Positions 17,113 through 25,370 of a DNA stretch of 50,467 bases are shown piece by piece. The DNA comes from a virus. Lineage: Duplodnaviria; Caudoviricetes. Both the position numbers and the translations under genes were made by a program. The notes below the pieces were generated by a model, which worked only from the letters and a program-made list of their open reading frames with translations, made no database searches and was not told where the DNA came from. Numbering within the stretch: the first letter of the stretch is position 1; every line of letters begins with the position of its first letter. The stretch is taken from positions 1 to 50,467 of the IMG/VR virus record IMGVR_UViG_3300029821_000007; one strand, written 5' to 3'.

Positions 17113-17904
17113 ATGTTTGTTGGAGGAGATCCTGAAGTCTTCCTGATTGATGGTTCTGGTAAAATTGTATCCGCTATCGAGAGGATACCCGGAACCAAGC
17201 ATGCTCCACACAAAACAAGGCATGGTGCCATACACCATGATAATGTTTTGGCGGAGATTAATTTCAAACCGGCTCGTACTGCAAGTGAATTCATCAAGAA
17301 TGTACGTGGTGTTCTGGTGGATCTACAAGAGTATCTGGATAAAGTGGGGTGCGGTATATCCATAATCTCCAGCTACGTTATGCCAGATGAAGAGGTGGCC
17401 CACCCACTCGCGCAACAATTCGGGTGTGAGGGTGATTTCGACGCATGGGGCCTTGATGAAGTGGTCGCCCCTGATGCAGGGGTGGTAGGTAATCTCCGCA
17501 CTGCTGGTGGCCATATTCACATAGGCTATGATGTGTCCGTGTACGGCCCGGATAAAATTGCCCGTGCCTGTGATGTTCAGATAGGATTGGCAACAGTTCT
17601 TCTTGATAACGACACACAACGTCGCCAGATGTATGGAGCAGCAGGGCGATATCGTCCGAAGCCCTACGGAAGTGAGTATCGTGTACCTTCCAATTTCTGG
17701 TTGAAGAGTGATGAACACATGACGTGGGTTTTCGAGTCAGCAGCAAAAGTGCTGCGTGATATTGAAAAATACGACGACATGTTCAAGTCGGCTACTGATG
17801 TTCATGAGTTAAAATATACCATCAACTCTGGTGATCGAAACCTCGCTGTGGCATTGGCGGATAAGTATAAAGTCGAGATTCCTTGGACTCTTGTTCCTAA
17901 TTAA
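17113..17904 (+). CDS. phiEco32-like COOH-NH2 ligase type 2
   Basis: GGDPEVFL..SAI..IPGTK, DNVLAEIN, FGC..DFDAW, LRTAGGHIHIG, RRQMYGAAG.YRPKPYG.EYRVPSNFW. Confidence 0.9.
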   Translation: MFVGGDPEVFLIDGSGKIVSAIERIPGTKHAPHKTRHGAIHHDNVLAEINFKPARTASEFIKNVRGVLVDLQEYLDKVGCGISIISSYVMPDEEVAHPLAQQFGCEGDFDAWGLDEVVAPDAGVVGNLRTAGGHIHIGYDVSVYGPDKIARACDVQIGLATVLLDNDTQRRQMYGAAGRYRPKPYGSEYRVPSNFWLKSDEHMTWVFESAAKVLRDIEKYDDMFKSATDVHELKYTINSGDRNLAVALADKYKVEIPWTLVPN

Positions 17905-17922
17905 CTGTTAACTAGTTAACAA
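17905..17922. repeat. 18-bp palindromic motif, copy 5
   Basis: CTGTTAACTAGTTAACAA. Confidence 0.8.
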
Positions 17923-17968
17923 TTCAACGGCTCACGTTGAGCCTGAGCGAACGCTAGAGAGCGTTCAA

Positions 17969-18832
17969 TTGGAGATTATGATGGACCTCAATTATCCTGT
18001 TACAAATGACAAGCTGTACATTCTTCGTGTGAAGAAGAACAATCCCGGAGTGGGCCAGAAGTTGGGCCGTGTTCTTGGAGCCGATCAACTGGTGTGCTCC
18101 GCCAAACCTATACGTAAAATTCCGCAAGGGTCTACGGTCATCAATTACGGCCGGTCGGAAGTTCCTGAGTGGTACAGGGATGATATACGAGTACTTAACA
18201 GCCCAGAAGCAGTGTCCCGCTGTGTGGATAAGCGAGTTACATTGAAGCTGCTGGCCGATCATGGTGTGGAACACCTGCGGTTTACCACCGACAAGCAAGT
18301 AGCTAAGTCGTGGTTGAAGGATGGCTTTAAGGTGATAGTACGAGCCATCGTTAACGGGAAAAAAGGAAACGGGGTTAGCCTCTGCGATCAGGCAGACAAG
18401 CTTCCTGATGCTCCTCTCTACACCATGTTTTATAATAAGACTCATGAATTCCGAGTCCATGTCTGTCGTGGAGCAGATGGTGAGTTGCATGTAATTGACT
18501 TCGTGCAGAAGAAGAAGATGGGTAAGGAGAAGCTGGCTAAACTCAATCTTACAGATGCCAACGATTTGGTGCGCAATCACAAGCGCGGATGGGTATTCTC
18601 CCACAATGATTTGATTACTCCTCCAGGATCAGAGGGGCATAAGATCATATCAAAACTGGGTCTGGATGCCGCAGCTGCTCTGGGGATGGATTTCTGCGCC
18701 GTAGATATACTGGCATACATAGCAGATGGCACTGTCAACGCTGTGGTGTGTGAGGTTAATAGCGCACCCGGAATGAGTTCAGAGACGACGTTCGCTGCGT
18801 ACAAAGCCGCATTCGAGAATCTGGTGAAGTAA
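17969..18832 (+). CDS. ATP-grasp ligase (RimK/glutathione synthetase-like)
   Basis: VINYG..LNSPEAV...DK, EFRVHV, VRNHKRGWVF, LGMDFCAVDI..CEVNSAPG. Start probably ATG ~17978. Confidence 0.9.
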   Translation: MEIMMDLNYPVTNDKLYILRVKKNNPGVGQKLGRVLGADQLVCSAKPIRKIPQGSTVINYGRSEVPEWYRDDIRVLNSPEAVSRCVDKRVTLKLLADHGVEHLRFTTDKQVAKSWLKDGFKVIVRAIVNGKKGNGVSLCDQADKLPDAPLYTMFYNKTHEFRVHVCRGADGELHVIDFVQKKKMGKEKLAKLNLTDANDLVRNHKRGWVFSHNDLITPPGSEGHKIISKLGLDAAAALGMDFCAVDILAYIADGTVNAVVCEVNSAPGMSSETTFAAYKAAFENLVK

Positions 18833-18833
18833 T

Positions 18834-19511
18834 ATGCCATACACAATCCAGGAAGAATCTGATCTCAAAAGAGATCTAGAATCAACAATAGCTGCCAAAA
18901 TACAGGCTGATGGTAGTTTGGTGCCGATTAATATTTTGAGTGTCGTTATGACAGACGCTCATACCAAACTCATGATCGGGTACAAAGAGAGTGTACTCGG
19001 GAAAGGTGGTAAATATGCTTGGGGTAATGCCCAAGCAGATGAATACAAGGATTTGCTCCCAAGAGTAAGTCTGACGTTTCCGCAGACTGGATATGTTAAC
19101 TATAAGGATTTCTGTATCCTGCTCACGAGGGCACCACATAGGCAGTGGAAGGTTCCATACAATGTGCGTGTTGCGAAAATGTTCGTCCCCAACGCACAAG
19201 AACTGAAGTTATTGGGTATCTCTGTACCGACAACCAACAACCCAGACTTCGTTCATTACGTTTTCAACAGGAAGTACGCAACTTCCGATGAGGCTTGGGA
19301 TAGCATCGCGTCAGGTGATAAGCTATCTGTGGCACTTAGCAGGAGATTCGCTGTTGTTTCCCTGCAAAGGTCAAGAAAACCAATCCTGTACATGAAGAAG
19401 AGTCCGATAGGCGTAGTTAATGGGCCGGACAATGTTGTGTTGTCGTCCGGCTATGAAATCTGGCAAGCCTCAGTTAGCCAATTCTTTAAGCATGTTCATC
19501 TGAAGGAGTAA
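18834..19511 (+). CDS. Hypothetical protein of the amidoligase cluster
   Basis: 225 aa, packed directly between the ATP-grasp and amidoligase genes; P..GYVN..RAPHRQW motif. Confidence 0.7.
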   Translation: MPYTIQEESDLKRDLESTIAAKIQADGSLVPINILSVVMTDAHTKLMIGYKESVLGKGGKYAWGNAQADEYKDLLPRVSLTFPQTGYVNYKDFCILLTRAPHRQWKVPYNVRVAKMFVPNAQELKLLGISVPTTNNPDFVHYVFNRKYATSDEAWDSIASGDKLSVALSRRFAVVSLQRSRKPILYMKKSPIGVVNGPDNVVLSSGYEIWQASVSQFFKHVHLKE

Positions 19512-19513
19512 AT

Positions 19514-20716
19514 ATGAAACCCTTGAAAATAGGAGGGTTACTTGGCAATGAAGAAGACATAAGGGCATACGAACAAGACTCTCTGCTGGTTGGTGGAGCT
19601 TCTTATTTCGTAGGTCTGGAGCTGGAGTTGGAAGAAGCTCCAGTCGATTTGGACCAACTGCCACATTGGTCTATGGTAAATGATGGGAGTCTTCGAGGTG
19701 AGAACTCAATAGAGTTAATCTCAAAATATCCCTACAAAGGTAAAGATATAACCGAATCTCTACAAGAAGTTGAGAAATTCTTCGTAAAGAAGAAGATAAC
19801 CCCGAGCTGTAGTAGTAGGACTAGTGTTCATGTACATATTGATGTAAGGGATTCCTCTCCGCAACAGTATATAAATCTTCTGGTTCTGTACGCTATAGTA
19901 GAGGATCTGTTGTTCACATACTGCGGATGCAACAGGAAGACGAACATCTACTGTATCCCGTGGTCTGAGACAGAAGCACAGCTAGAGACATGTAGTGATC
20001 TGTTTTCGTATCTGTACGGAATGAAGGATTCTTCTTCAAAATCCGTAGAACTTGCGAAGAGATCAATTTTCAAAATAAACCAAGATACACGTAAGTATAG
20101 TGCCCTCAATCTGGCAGCAACTGCGAAGCATGGGAGTGTTGAATTCCGAATGCATGCTGGAGAATGGAGGGCTGCTCCTATTCTTGAGTGGGTCAATATA
20201 CTGTTGTCCATCAAGAAGTACTCCATGGAATTTCAGGGGGAGCCGAAGGATATAATCAACCGTCTGTCAATAATCGGTCCGGCTGCATTCCTGAAGGAGG
20301 TATTTGCTGAGCATTATATAGTTCTCGCAAATGACGGCTATGAGTCCGATATGTTCAATGGTGCTCGCATAGCACAGGAAATACTAACAGGGGCCACTAG
20401 CTCTGAGGCGTTCTACAAAGAGTTCATGGACATGGCTGCCCCATCAATACACTCAACTCCGTTGATGATGTATGCAAAAAAGAGGCATTTGCTGGATTGT
20501 CTAGATGATGGGCAAAACGAAGTTTATACTTCCATGCACGAGAAGATACACGGAGTAAAGATCAGTGATAAAAAGTCTCCTCTTGGAGCAATCATGGTTG
20601 ATCCTGGGATGGATTGGGGTGCTGCTATTGTGGAGGACAACCACTTATTCTGGGATGTTGAGGCCCCAGCAGCATTAGATGAGGAAGACGAATTTAATGA
20701 AGAAGACGACGATTAA
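19514..20716 (+). CDS. Putative amidoligase (glutamine synthetase/GCS-like COOH-NH2 ligase)
   Basis: GLELELE, DGSLRG...ELIS, RTSVHVHIDV, R..N.YC, KYSALNL...GSVEFRMH. Confidence 0.9.
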   Translation: MKPLKIGGLLGNEEDIRAYEQDSLLVGGASYFVGLELELEEAPVDLDQLPHWSMVNDGSLRGENSIELISKYPYKGKDITESLQEVEKFFVKKKITPSCSSRTSVHVHIDVRDSSPQQYINLLVLYAIVEDLLFTYCGCNRKTNIYCIPWSETEAQLETCSDLFSYLYGMKDSSSKSVELAKRSIFKINQDTRKYSALNLAATAKHGSVEFRMHAGEWRAAPILEWVNILLSIKKYSMEFQGEPKDIINRLSIIGPAAFLKEVFAEHYIVLANDGYESDMFNGARIAQEILTGATSSEAFYKEFMDMAAPSIHSTPLMMYAKKRHLLDCLDDGQNEVYTSMHEKIHGVKISDKKSPLGAIMVDPGMDWGAAIVEDNHLFWDVEAPAALDEEDEFNEEDDD

Positions 20717-20743
20717 TCTATCCCAAATACGGAGTATAGTGTA

Positions 20744-22138
20744 ATGTGTGGACACGTTGGTTTTGTACGACTGACTTCAAACATAGACTCAGCGAAACTG
20801 GAAGATGTGATGTCGCATCTTCTATTCATCGACACACTGCGCGGCGGTGATGGTACTGGTGTTGCGTGTATCCCACGCAATAGTGAAAATCCAGTGGAGG
20901 TGTACAAGAAACCAATACCGGGATACGATTTCGTTGACACTGCTCTTTATTACCGTGCAGTTAGCGGTATGGCCGCAACGGCAGGTATCATTGGGCACAA
21001 CAGAGCGGCCACCAAAGGGGTAATCTCTGCAAAAACTTCCCATCCGTTTCAGCACGGCACCATAACGCTGGCTCATAACGGAACCCTATTCACTATGTAT
21101 GGGCTTGAGGGAACGTCAACCGTGGATAGTGAGCGTATAACTCAAACCGTAGCTACTCGTGGTGCAGCCGAGACTTTACCGGAGTTGGATGGTTCTTATG
21201 CCTTGGTGTGGCATGATTCTGCGGACAACACCATTAATTTTGCCAGAAATAAAGAGAGGCCGTTATATCTCGCGTTCTCAAAGAATAAGGACATTCTTTA
21301 TTGGGCCAGCGAGCCATGGATGATTAACGTAGCTGTTGGGAGAAATAGTCTTTCTCTTGAAGCAGCTGGTCCGTGGGAAATAAATCCAGGAGAATGGCAC
21401 AAAATACAACTAGGGAAGCCTAACTTTGAAGAGTGGCAAACTATCCCTTTTGTTGTAAAGGAGTGGGGCAAGGGACATGGAACTGGCAAAAATGGGCAGA
21501 ATCAGGGGAATACGGGAGCTGGGACTAGTGGTAAGCCCCCGAAGAAGAATACAGCATCTATGGATGCTCTGGCTAGTATAGGTCTTAAACCCGGTGATGA
21601 TATTGAGTTCTACATCTACCAAGTAACAGAGTACAAGAAATCCAAGGGATTGGGATCAATTGAAGGCTTTTACACAGCAGCAGAATCCTCATTCCTGTCT
21701 GGCACTGTAGTAAGCCATGGAATGAAAGTGAACATGGCTCCCTACAATTCCAAGAATGTGGTCATGAAAGACCTCTTATTCATGGGTAAAGTTGTAAGTG
21801 GTTATGTCCAGAATAGTTGGGTTACAATAGTTGTAGAGCAGGTTGAGTTACTAGGGGATAAGGACGAACTTCAAGAGGAGGACGACGACCACCCTTTTCG
21901 GGATGGGGCCAGCGAGGAATCTAACGTCAGTCAACTCGTTAAAGGCCCCCGTGGTAAACTCATATCGCTTAAAGACTTCAAGCAACACACTGTGTTTGGG
22001 TGTGTTATGTGTGGTGGGTATGTTAATCCTGCTTTTCATGAGTCCGTTGTTTGGACTCAAGATTATCAAGCATATTGTCATGAGTGTGTGGAAGCTGCTA
22101 AAAACGGCGATATACCACTTACTAATGTGGAGGGGTAA
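20744..22138 (+). CDS. Class II (Ntn) glutamine amidotransferase with C-terminal extension
   Basis: N-terminal MCGHVG, RG.DGTG, GHNRAATKG, HPF, AHNGTL, VDSE, RNKERPL, WASE; C-terminal CxxC...CxxC. Confidence 0.92.
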   Translation: MCGHVGFVRLTSNIDSAKLEDVMSHLLFIDTLRGGDGTGVACIPRNSENPVEVYKKPIPGYDFVDTALYYRAVSGMAATAGIIGHNRAATKGVISAKTSHPFQHGTITLAHNGTLFTMYGLEGTSTVDSERITQTVATRGAAETLPELDGSYALVWHDSADNTINFARNKERPLYLAFSKNKDILYWASEPWMINVAVGRNSLSLEAAGPWEINPGEWHKIQLGKPNFEEWQTIPFVVKEWGKGHGTGKNGQNQGNTGAGTSGKPPKKNTASMDALASIGLKPGDDIEFYIYQVTEYKKSKGLGSIEGFYTAAESSFLSGTVVSHGMKVNMAPYNSKNVVMKDLLFMGKVVSGYVQNSWVTIVVEQVELLGDKDELQEEDDDHPFRDGASEESNVSQLVKGPRGKLISLKDFKQHTVFGCVMCGGYVNPAFHESVVWTQDYQAYCHECVEAAKNGDIPLTNVEG

Positions 22139-22141
22139 TAA

Positions 22142-22936
22142 ATGAAATTAATACCAAATTATCCAAAGATGGATTTGATTGAGGTTGGGCAAAATATACA
22201 GAGTAGGTTTGCTTGGGCTACAGAAGTTGACGACAAGCTTCTGATGAATACACCGTGGGTTAAGTGTAGGGACTACCTTCTTGATTGCCTTGTGCATGAG
22301 AATACAGGAACCCATATACGTGTATATGGCTTTGTCCTGAGCAAGGATGTCAAAGTGCTGGATCTGGATAACCCCATTCTTCTGTTGGAAATAAAGAAAG
22401 GATATTCAGATAAGATAGATTTCTTCGTAAATGAAGTAAACGCCGATTTGTTGAAACTGGTTGGGGTTGAGGAGTGCATCACAAAATACGTACCTATAGA
22501 CGAGGATACGTTTGCTTTCTATCTCAATCCAGTTTGTGTAGCAAACACAGTTGTGCTGTCTCTCGTCACAGCTACGATGCGGTATGAAGTAAACACCCTC
22601 TACAATAAAGGTGGAAAAGCATCGGATGGAACCTCCACTATTGGGCAGATACATGTAGCCCTTGGAGGTTCTACTACATCTAAAAGTGATACGCTTAATT
22701 GTCTGAAGCGCCTTTTGGATACTTACGGAAATGAAATAGTATTTAATGAGTTTCTTTTAATAGAAAACTTAGATGATTATTTCTTTGAAGATTGTATTGA
22801 GTACAATGTACACGATGGATCAGGATTCTCTAATCTCGGTTACAATGTAGATTTTTATATTGTTAAAAATCATGAAATTCCTAATAGGTGTCTTTATAAA
22901 AAATTCCTGGACTCGTTGAAGCATCAAAAGAAATAA
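22142..22936 (+). CDS. Hypothetical protein of the amidoligase cluster
   Basis: 264 aa; GAGG RBS; PWVKCRDYLLD motif. Confidence 0.7.
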   Translation: MKLIPNYPKMDLIEVGQNIQSRFAWATEVDDKLLMNTPWVKCRDYLLDCLVHENTGTHIRVYGFVLSKDVKVLDLDNPILLLEIKKGYSDKIDFFVNEVNADLLKLVGVEECITKYVPIDEDTFAFYLNPVCVANTVVLSLVTATMRYEVNTLYNKGGKASDGTSTIGQIHVALGGSTTSKSDTLNCLKRLLDTYGNEIVFNEFLLIENLDDYFFEDCIEYNVHDGSGFSNLGYNVDFYIVKNHEIPNRCLYKKFLDSLKHQKK

Positions 22937-22948
22937 TGAGGAGCAACG

Positions 22949-23296
22949 ATGTCACATCTGGTGTTTGTGTATGGCAGTTTAAAGAGAGGATTCTATAACC
23001 ATTATGTTCTGGAGAAATCTTCTGCGAAGTATCGTGGGCCGTTCAAAACGAAAGCAGAGTATACGATGCTCAATCTTGGAAGTTTCCCCGGCGTTGTACA
23101 AAGTGGTTCAACACGAATAACTGGTGAAGTGTACGAAGTGGATACTCTTGAGTATCTTGATCACTTAGAAGGATATCCCAACTTCTATGATAGAATTCTG
23201 ATAGACACTCGATGGGGCCCTACGTATATGTATGTTCTCTTAGAGAGTGTCTTTTACAAAGATCATGATGTTGTAGAATCTGGTAAATGGGTATGA
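22949..23296 (+). CDS. Gamma-glutamylcyclotransferase (AIG2-like)
   Basis: VFVYGSLKRGFYNH..GEVYEVD..LDHLEGYP.FYDR. Confidence 0.92.
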   Translation: MSHLVFVYGSLKRGFYNHYVLEKSSAKYRGPFKTKAEYTMLNLGSFPGVVQSGSTRITGEVYEVDTLEYLDHLEGYPNFYDRILIDTRWGPTYMYVLLESVFYKDHDVVESGKWV

Positions 23297-23805
23297 GTGG
23301 GTACGTGCATATAAAAGTTACAGATAAGTTTGGGTTATTTTGGGATTATGATTGTTCCCAACTATACTCTTGTTGTGGAATAAGTGAAATCTCTGACTTT
23401 AGCTGTGACGTCGTACTGAATGAAAGAACTAAATGGTATTCATATCCGCACGCTAGCGAAAAAGACAGTCGTAGTATAATGTCTTTAATAAGAAAAGACA
23501 AAAAGTTATATAATATGGTCCTGTCGTCTGTGGTGAAATCATTCAAAAATGATTCAGTAGAAAACAGGAATCTAAAATTTATCGTAACTGATGTGGTTCG
23601 TAAAAAGATAAACAACAAAACACTATGGGAAAATCTATCTCTGTATGAGATTATGACAAACCATGAAGGATTTGTTGTAGGAACACCCGTAATTAACAAA
23701 CGATATGCTGACGGACATAAAGTTATTCTTGCTGAGTACGACATCAGCGTTAGAGAGTATAACAAGATCAGGAACTTTCAGAGTAAACAGATGTCTAACA
23801 CTTGA
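23293..23805 (+). CDS. Hypothetical protein
   Basis: ATGA overlap with the GGCT gene; SCCGISEI motif. Confidence 0.65.
   Translation: MSGYVHIKVTDKFGLFWDYDCSQLYSCCGISEISDFSCDVVLNERTKWYSYPHASEKDSRSIMSLIRKDKKLYNMVLSSVVKSFKNDSVENRNLKFIVTDVVRKKINNKTLWENLSLYEIMTNHEGFVVGTPVINKRYADGHKVILAEYDISVREYNKIRNFQSKQMSNT
23772..23798 (+). promoter_or_regulatory. sigmaE/AlgU (ECF)-type promoter for the replication operon
   Basis: (G)GAACTT-tcagagtaaacagatg(16)-TCTAA at the boundary before the replication genes. Confidence 0.7.
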
Positions 23806-23816
23806 TTAAATTTGAA

Positions 23817-23834
23817 TTGTTAACTAATTAACAA
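23817..23834. repeat. 18-bp palindromic motif, copy 6
   Basis: TTGTTAACTAATTAACAA, identical to copy 2. Confidence 0.8.
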
Positions 23835-23880
23835 ATCTAAGTGTTAGAATTTTTAATTTGGGATAGCGCCCGGAGGGCAT

Positions 23881-24159
23881 ATGAAAAACAGTGAAACTAA
23901 TCAGCCAATACTTGTCAGTTTGTCTGATGATGGATCTGAAATAGATCCTGTACAGTATTGTGAGCACTGCCGTCTACCTATCAACAGAGACGGAACAGTG
24001 CCTGACTGTCCTTACTCATGTGATCGTAACATCGTAGATGCGTCATCTGAGGATGACTACAAGGAATTGGATTTCAATAATGAGGTTGTTACTCAGTACG
24101 ATCTGGATGAACAACTGAATGAGGCTCTATTGAATTCCTTCGACGAAGAGGGCTGCTAA
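23881..24159 (+). CDS. Small acidic Cys-containing protein
   Basis: CEHC...CPYSC; acidic C-terminus; GGAGG RBS. Confidence 0.65.
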   Translation: MKNSETNQPILVSLSDDGSEIDPVQYCEHCRLPINRDGTVPDCPYSCDRNIVDASSEDDYKELDFNNEVVTQYDLDEQLNEALLNSFDEEGC

Positions 24160-24160
24160 C

Positions 24161-24397
24161 GTGCCTATGAAGCGCGGTCCAGCGCCATTAGAAGAGATAA
24201 AATACAGGCTTCAGGATCTGGAGACTGGTGAGTGGTTCACTGATGTTGGAGATTTCTTTGACAGTCAACAAGCTGTATCAGATCGAATGTCCATGTTTGT
24301 TGATAACACAAAGATTAAACTACCACGTCTGCGTATGTGGAAAGTATTCGTTACTCCGGCAGCCCGTGTCCCCACTGCAATTGAGGGGGGTATGTGA
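24161..24397 (+). CDS. Hypothetical protein
   Basis: 78-aa ORF following directly on the previous gene. Confidence 0.55.
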   Translation: MPMKRGPAPLEEIKYRLQDLETGEWFTDVGDFFDSQQAVSDRMSMFVDNTKIKLPRLRMWKVFVTPAARVPTAIEGGM

Positions 24398-24521
24398 TGT
24401 TTTTAAATAAAGCAGAGAGAATTAAGTATATAGATGCGTGGGGCAGAGTGTGGGGAGAGGGTGTATTGAATTTTAACAACTTCCCCAAATACTACAGTCC
24501 ATTCTGTTCCATAGGAGGGGG

Positions 24522-25370
24522 ATGAAATACAAAGAATTACGGGAGAACATAAAGCTACTGGCTTTAGAACTAGAAGAAGGGCAATCCGTCACCTGCCTGT
24601 GTCCTAAGTGTCGTGGAGGCAGTACAGGTGAGGAGAAGCTCTCTATAACAAGAACAAGTGCTGGACTTCTATACAATTGTTATAGAGCATCTTGTAAGTT
24701 CAAGGGGTTTGTATCCTCTCTCCCAGGAAGTTTACTTCCTGAACCTAACAATAAGAAGCATAAAAAGCCGCATCCATTTACAAGACCACTAATTCCTTTA
24801 CCAGAGGATATGGTTTTGTATCTAATGCAGAAATACAATCTAACCGAAAAAGATATTGCTAACAATGGTTTAGCATATGATGTAGATTATGATAGACTAT
24901 ATCTTCCTATCTACAATAGTCTTGGATACGAGATTGGTGGGTGTGCTAAGAAGCTTGGGTTCAAGCAACATGGCAACTCACAGGGTAGCAAGAACATAAT
25001 CTATTACAATGATCCAGACATACAATTATTGCATTTTGCTACCAAAGCATCGGAACTTAACACAATCATTGTTGTCGAAGATCAATTGTCAGCAATACGT
25101 GTATCTAAGTACGGACGTGGAGTAGCTTTGTTGGGCACCAATTGGAATGATACCACTACGGTCACATTACAGAAGGAGACGCGCAACATAATCCTAGCCC
25201 TAGATGCAGATACGTGGGATAAGGCTGTACCACTACCGATAGCTATTGCTAGGAAGTATTCCTTGTTCTTTGATACGTTTAAGTTGGTGAAGGTTAACAA
25301 AGATCCAAAAGATTCCACAGAGGAAGAGTTACAGGCTTTATTTGGAGATGCTATGAATAATGGAACATAA
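24522..25370 (+). CDS. DNA primase (Zn finger + TOPRIM)
   Basis: CPKC...YNCYRASC zinc finger; VVEDQLSAIRV..VALLGT..LALDAD TOPRIM motifs. Confidence 0.9.
   Translation: MKYKELRENIKLLALELEEGQSVTCLCPKCRGGSTGEEKLSITRTSAGLLYNCYRASCKFKGFVSSLPGSLLPEPNNKKHKKPHPFTRPLIPLPEDMVLYLMQKYNLTEKDIANNGLAYDVDYDRLYLPIYNSLGYEIGGCAKKLGFKQHGNSQGSKNIIYYNDPDIQLLHFATKASELNTIIVVEDQLSAIRVSKYGRGVALLGTNWNDTTTVTLQKETRNIILALDADTWDKAVPLPIAIARKYSLFFDTFKLVKVNKDPKDSTEEELQALFGDAMNNGT

Noticed and set aside
20744-22138. Calling the amidotransferase glmS
   Set aside because: No SIS isomerase domains; only the Ntn glutaminase domain is shared.
10971-23834. Repeated palindromes as a CRISPR array or REP/IS ends
   Set aside because: Copies are kilobases apart with genes between them; no spacers, cas genes or transposase.
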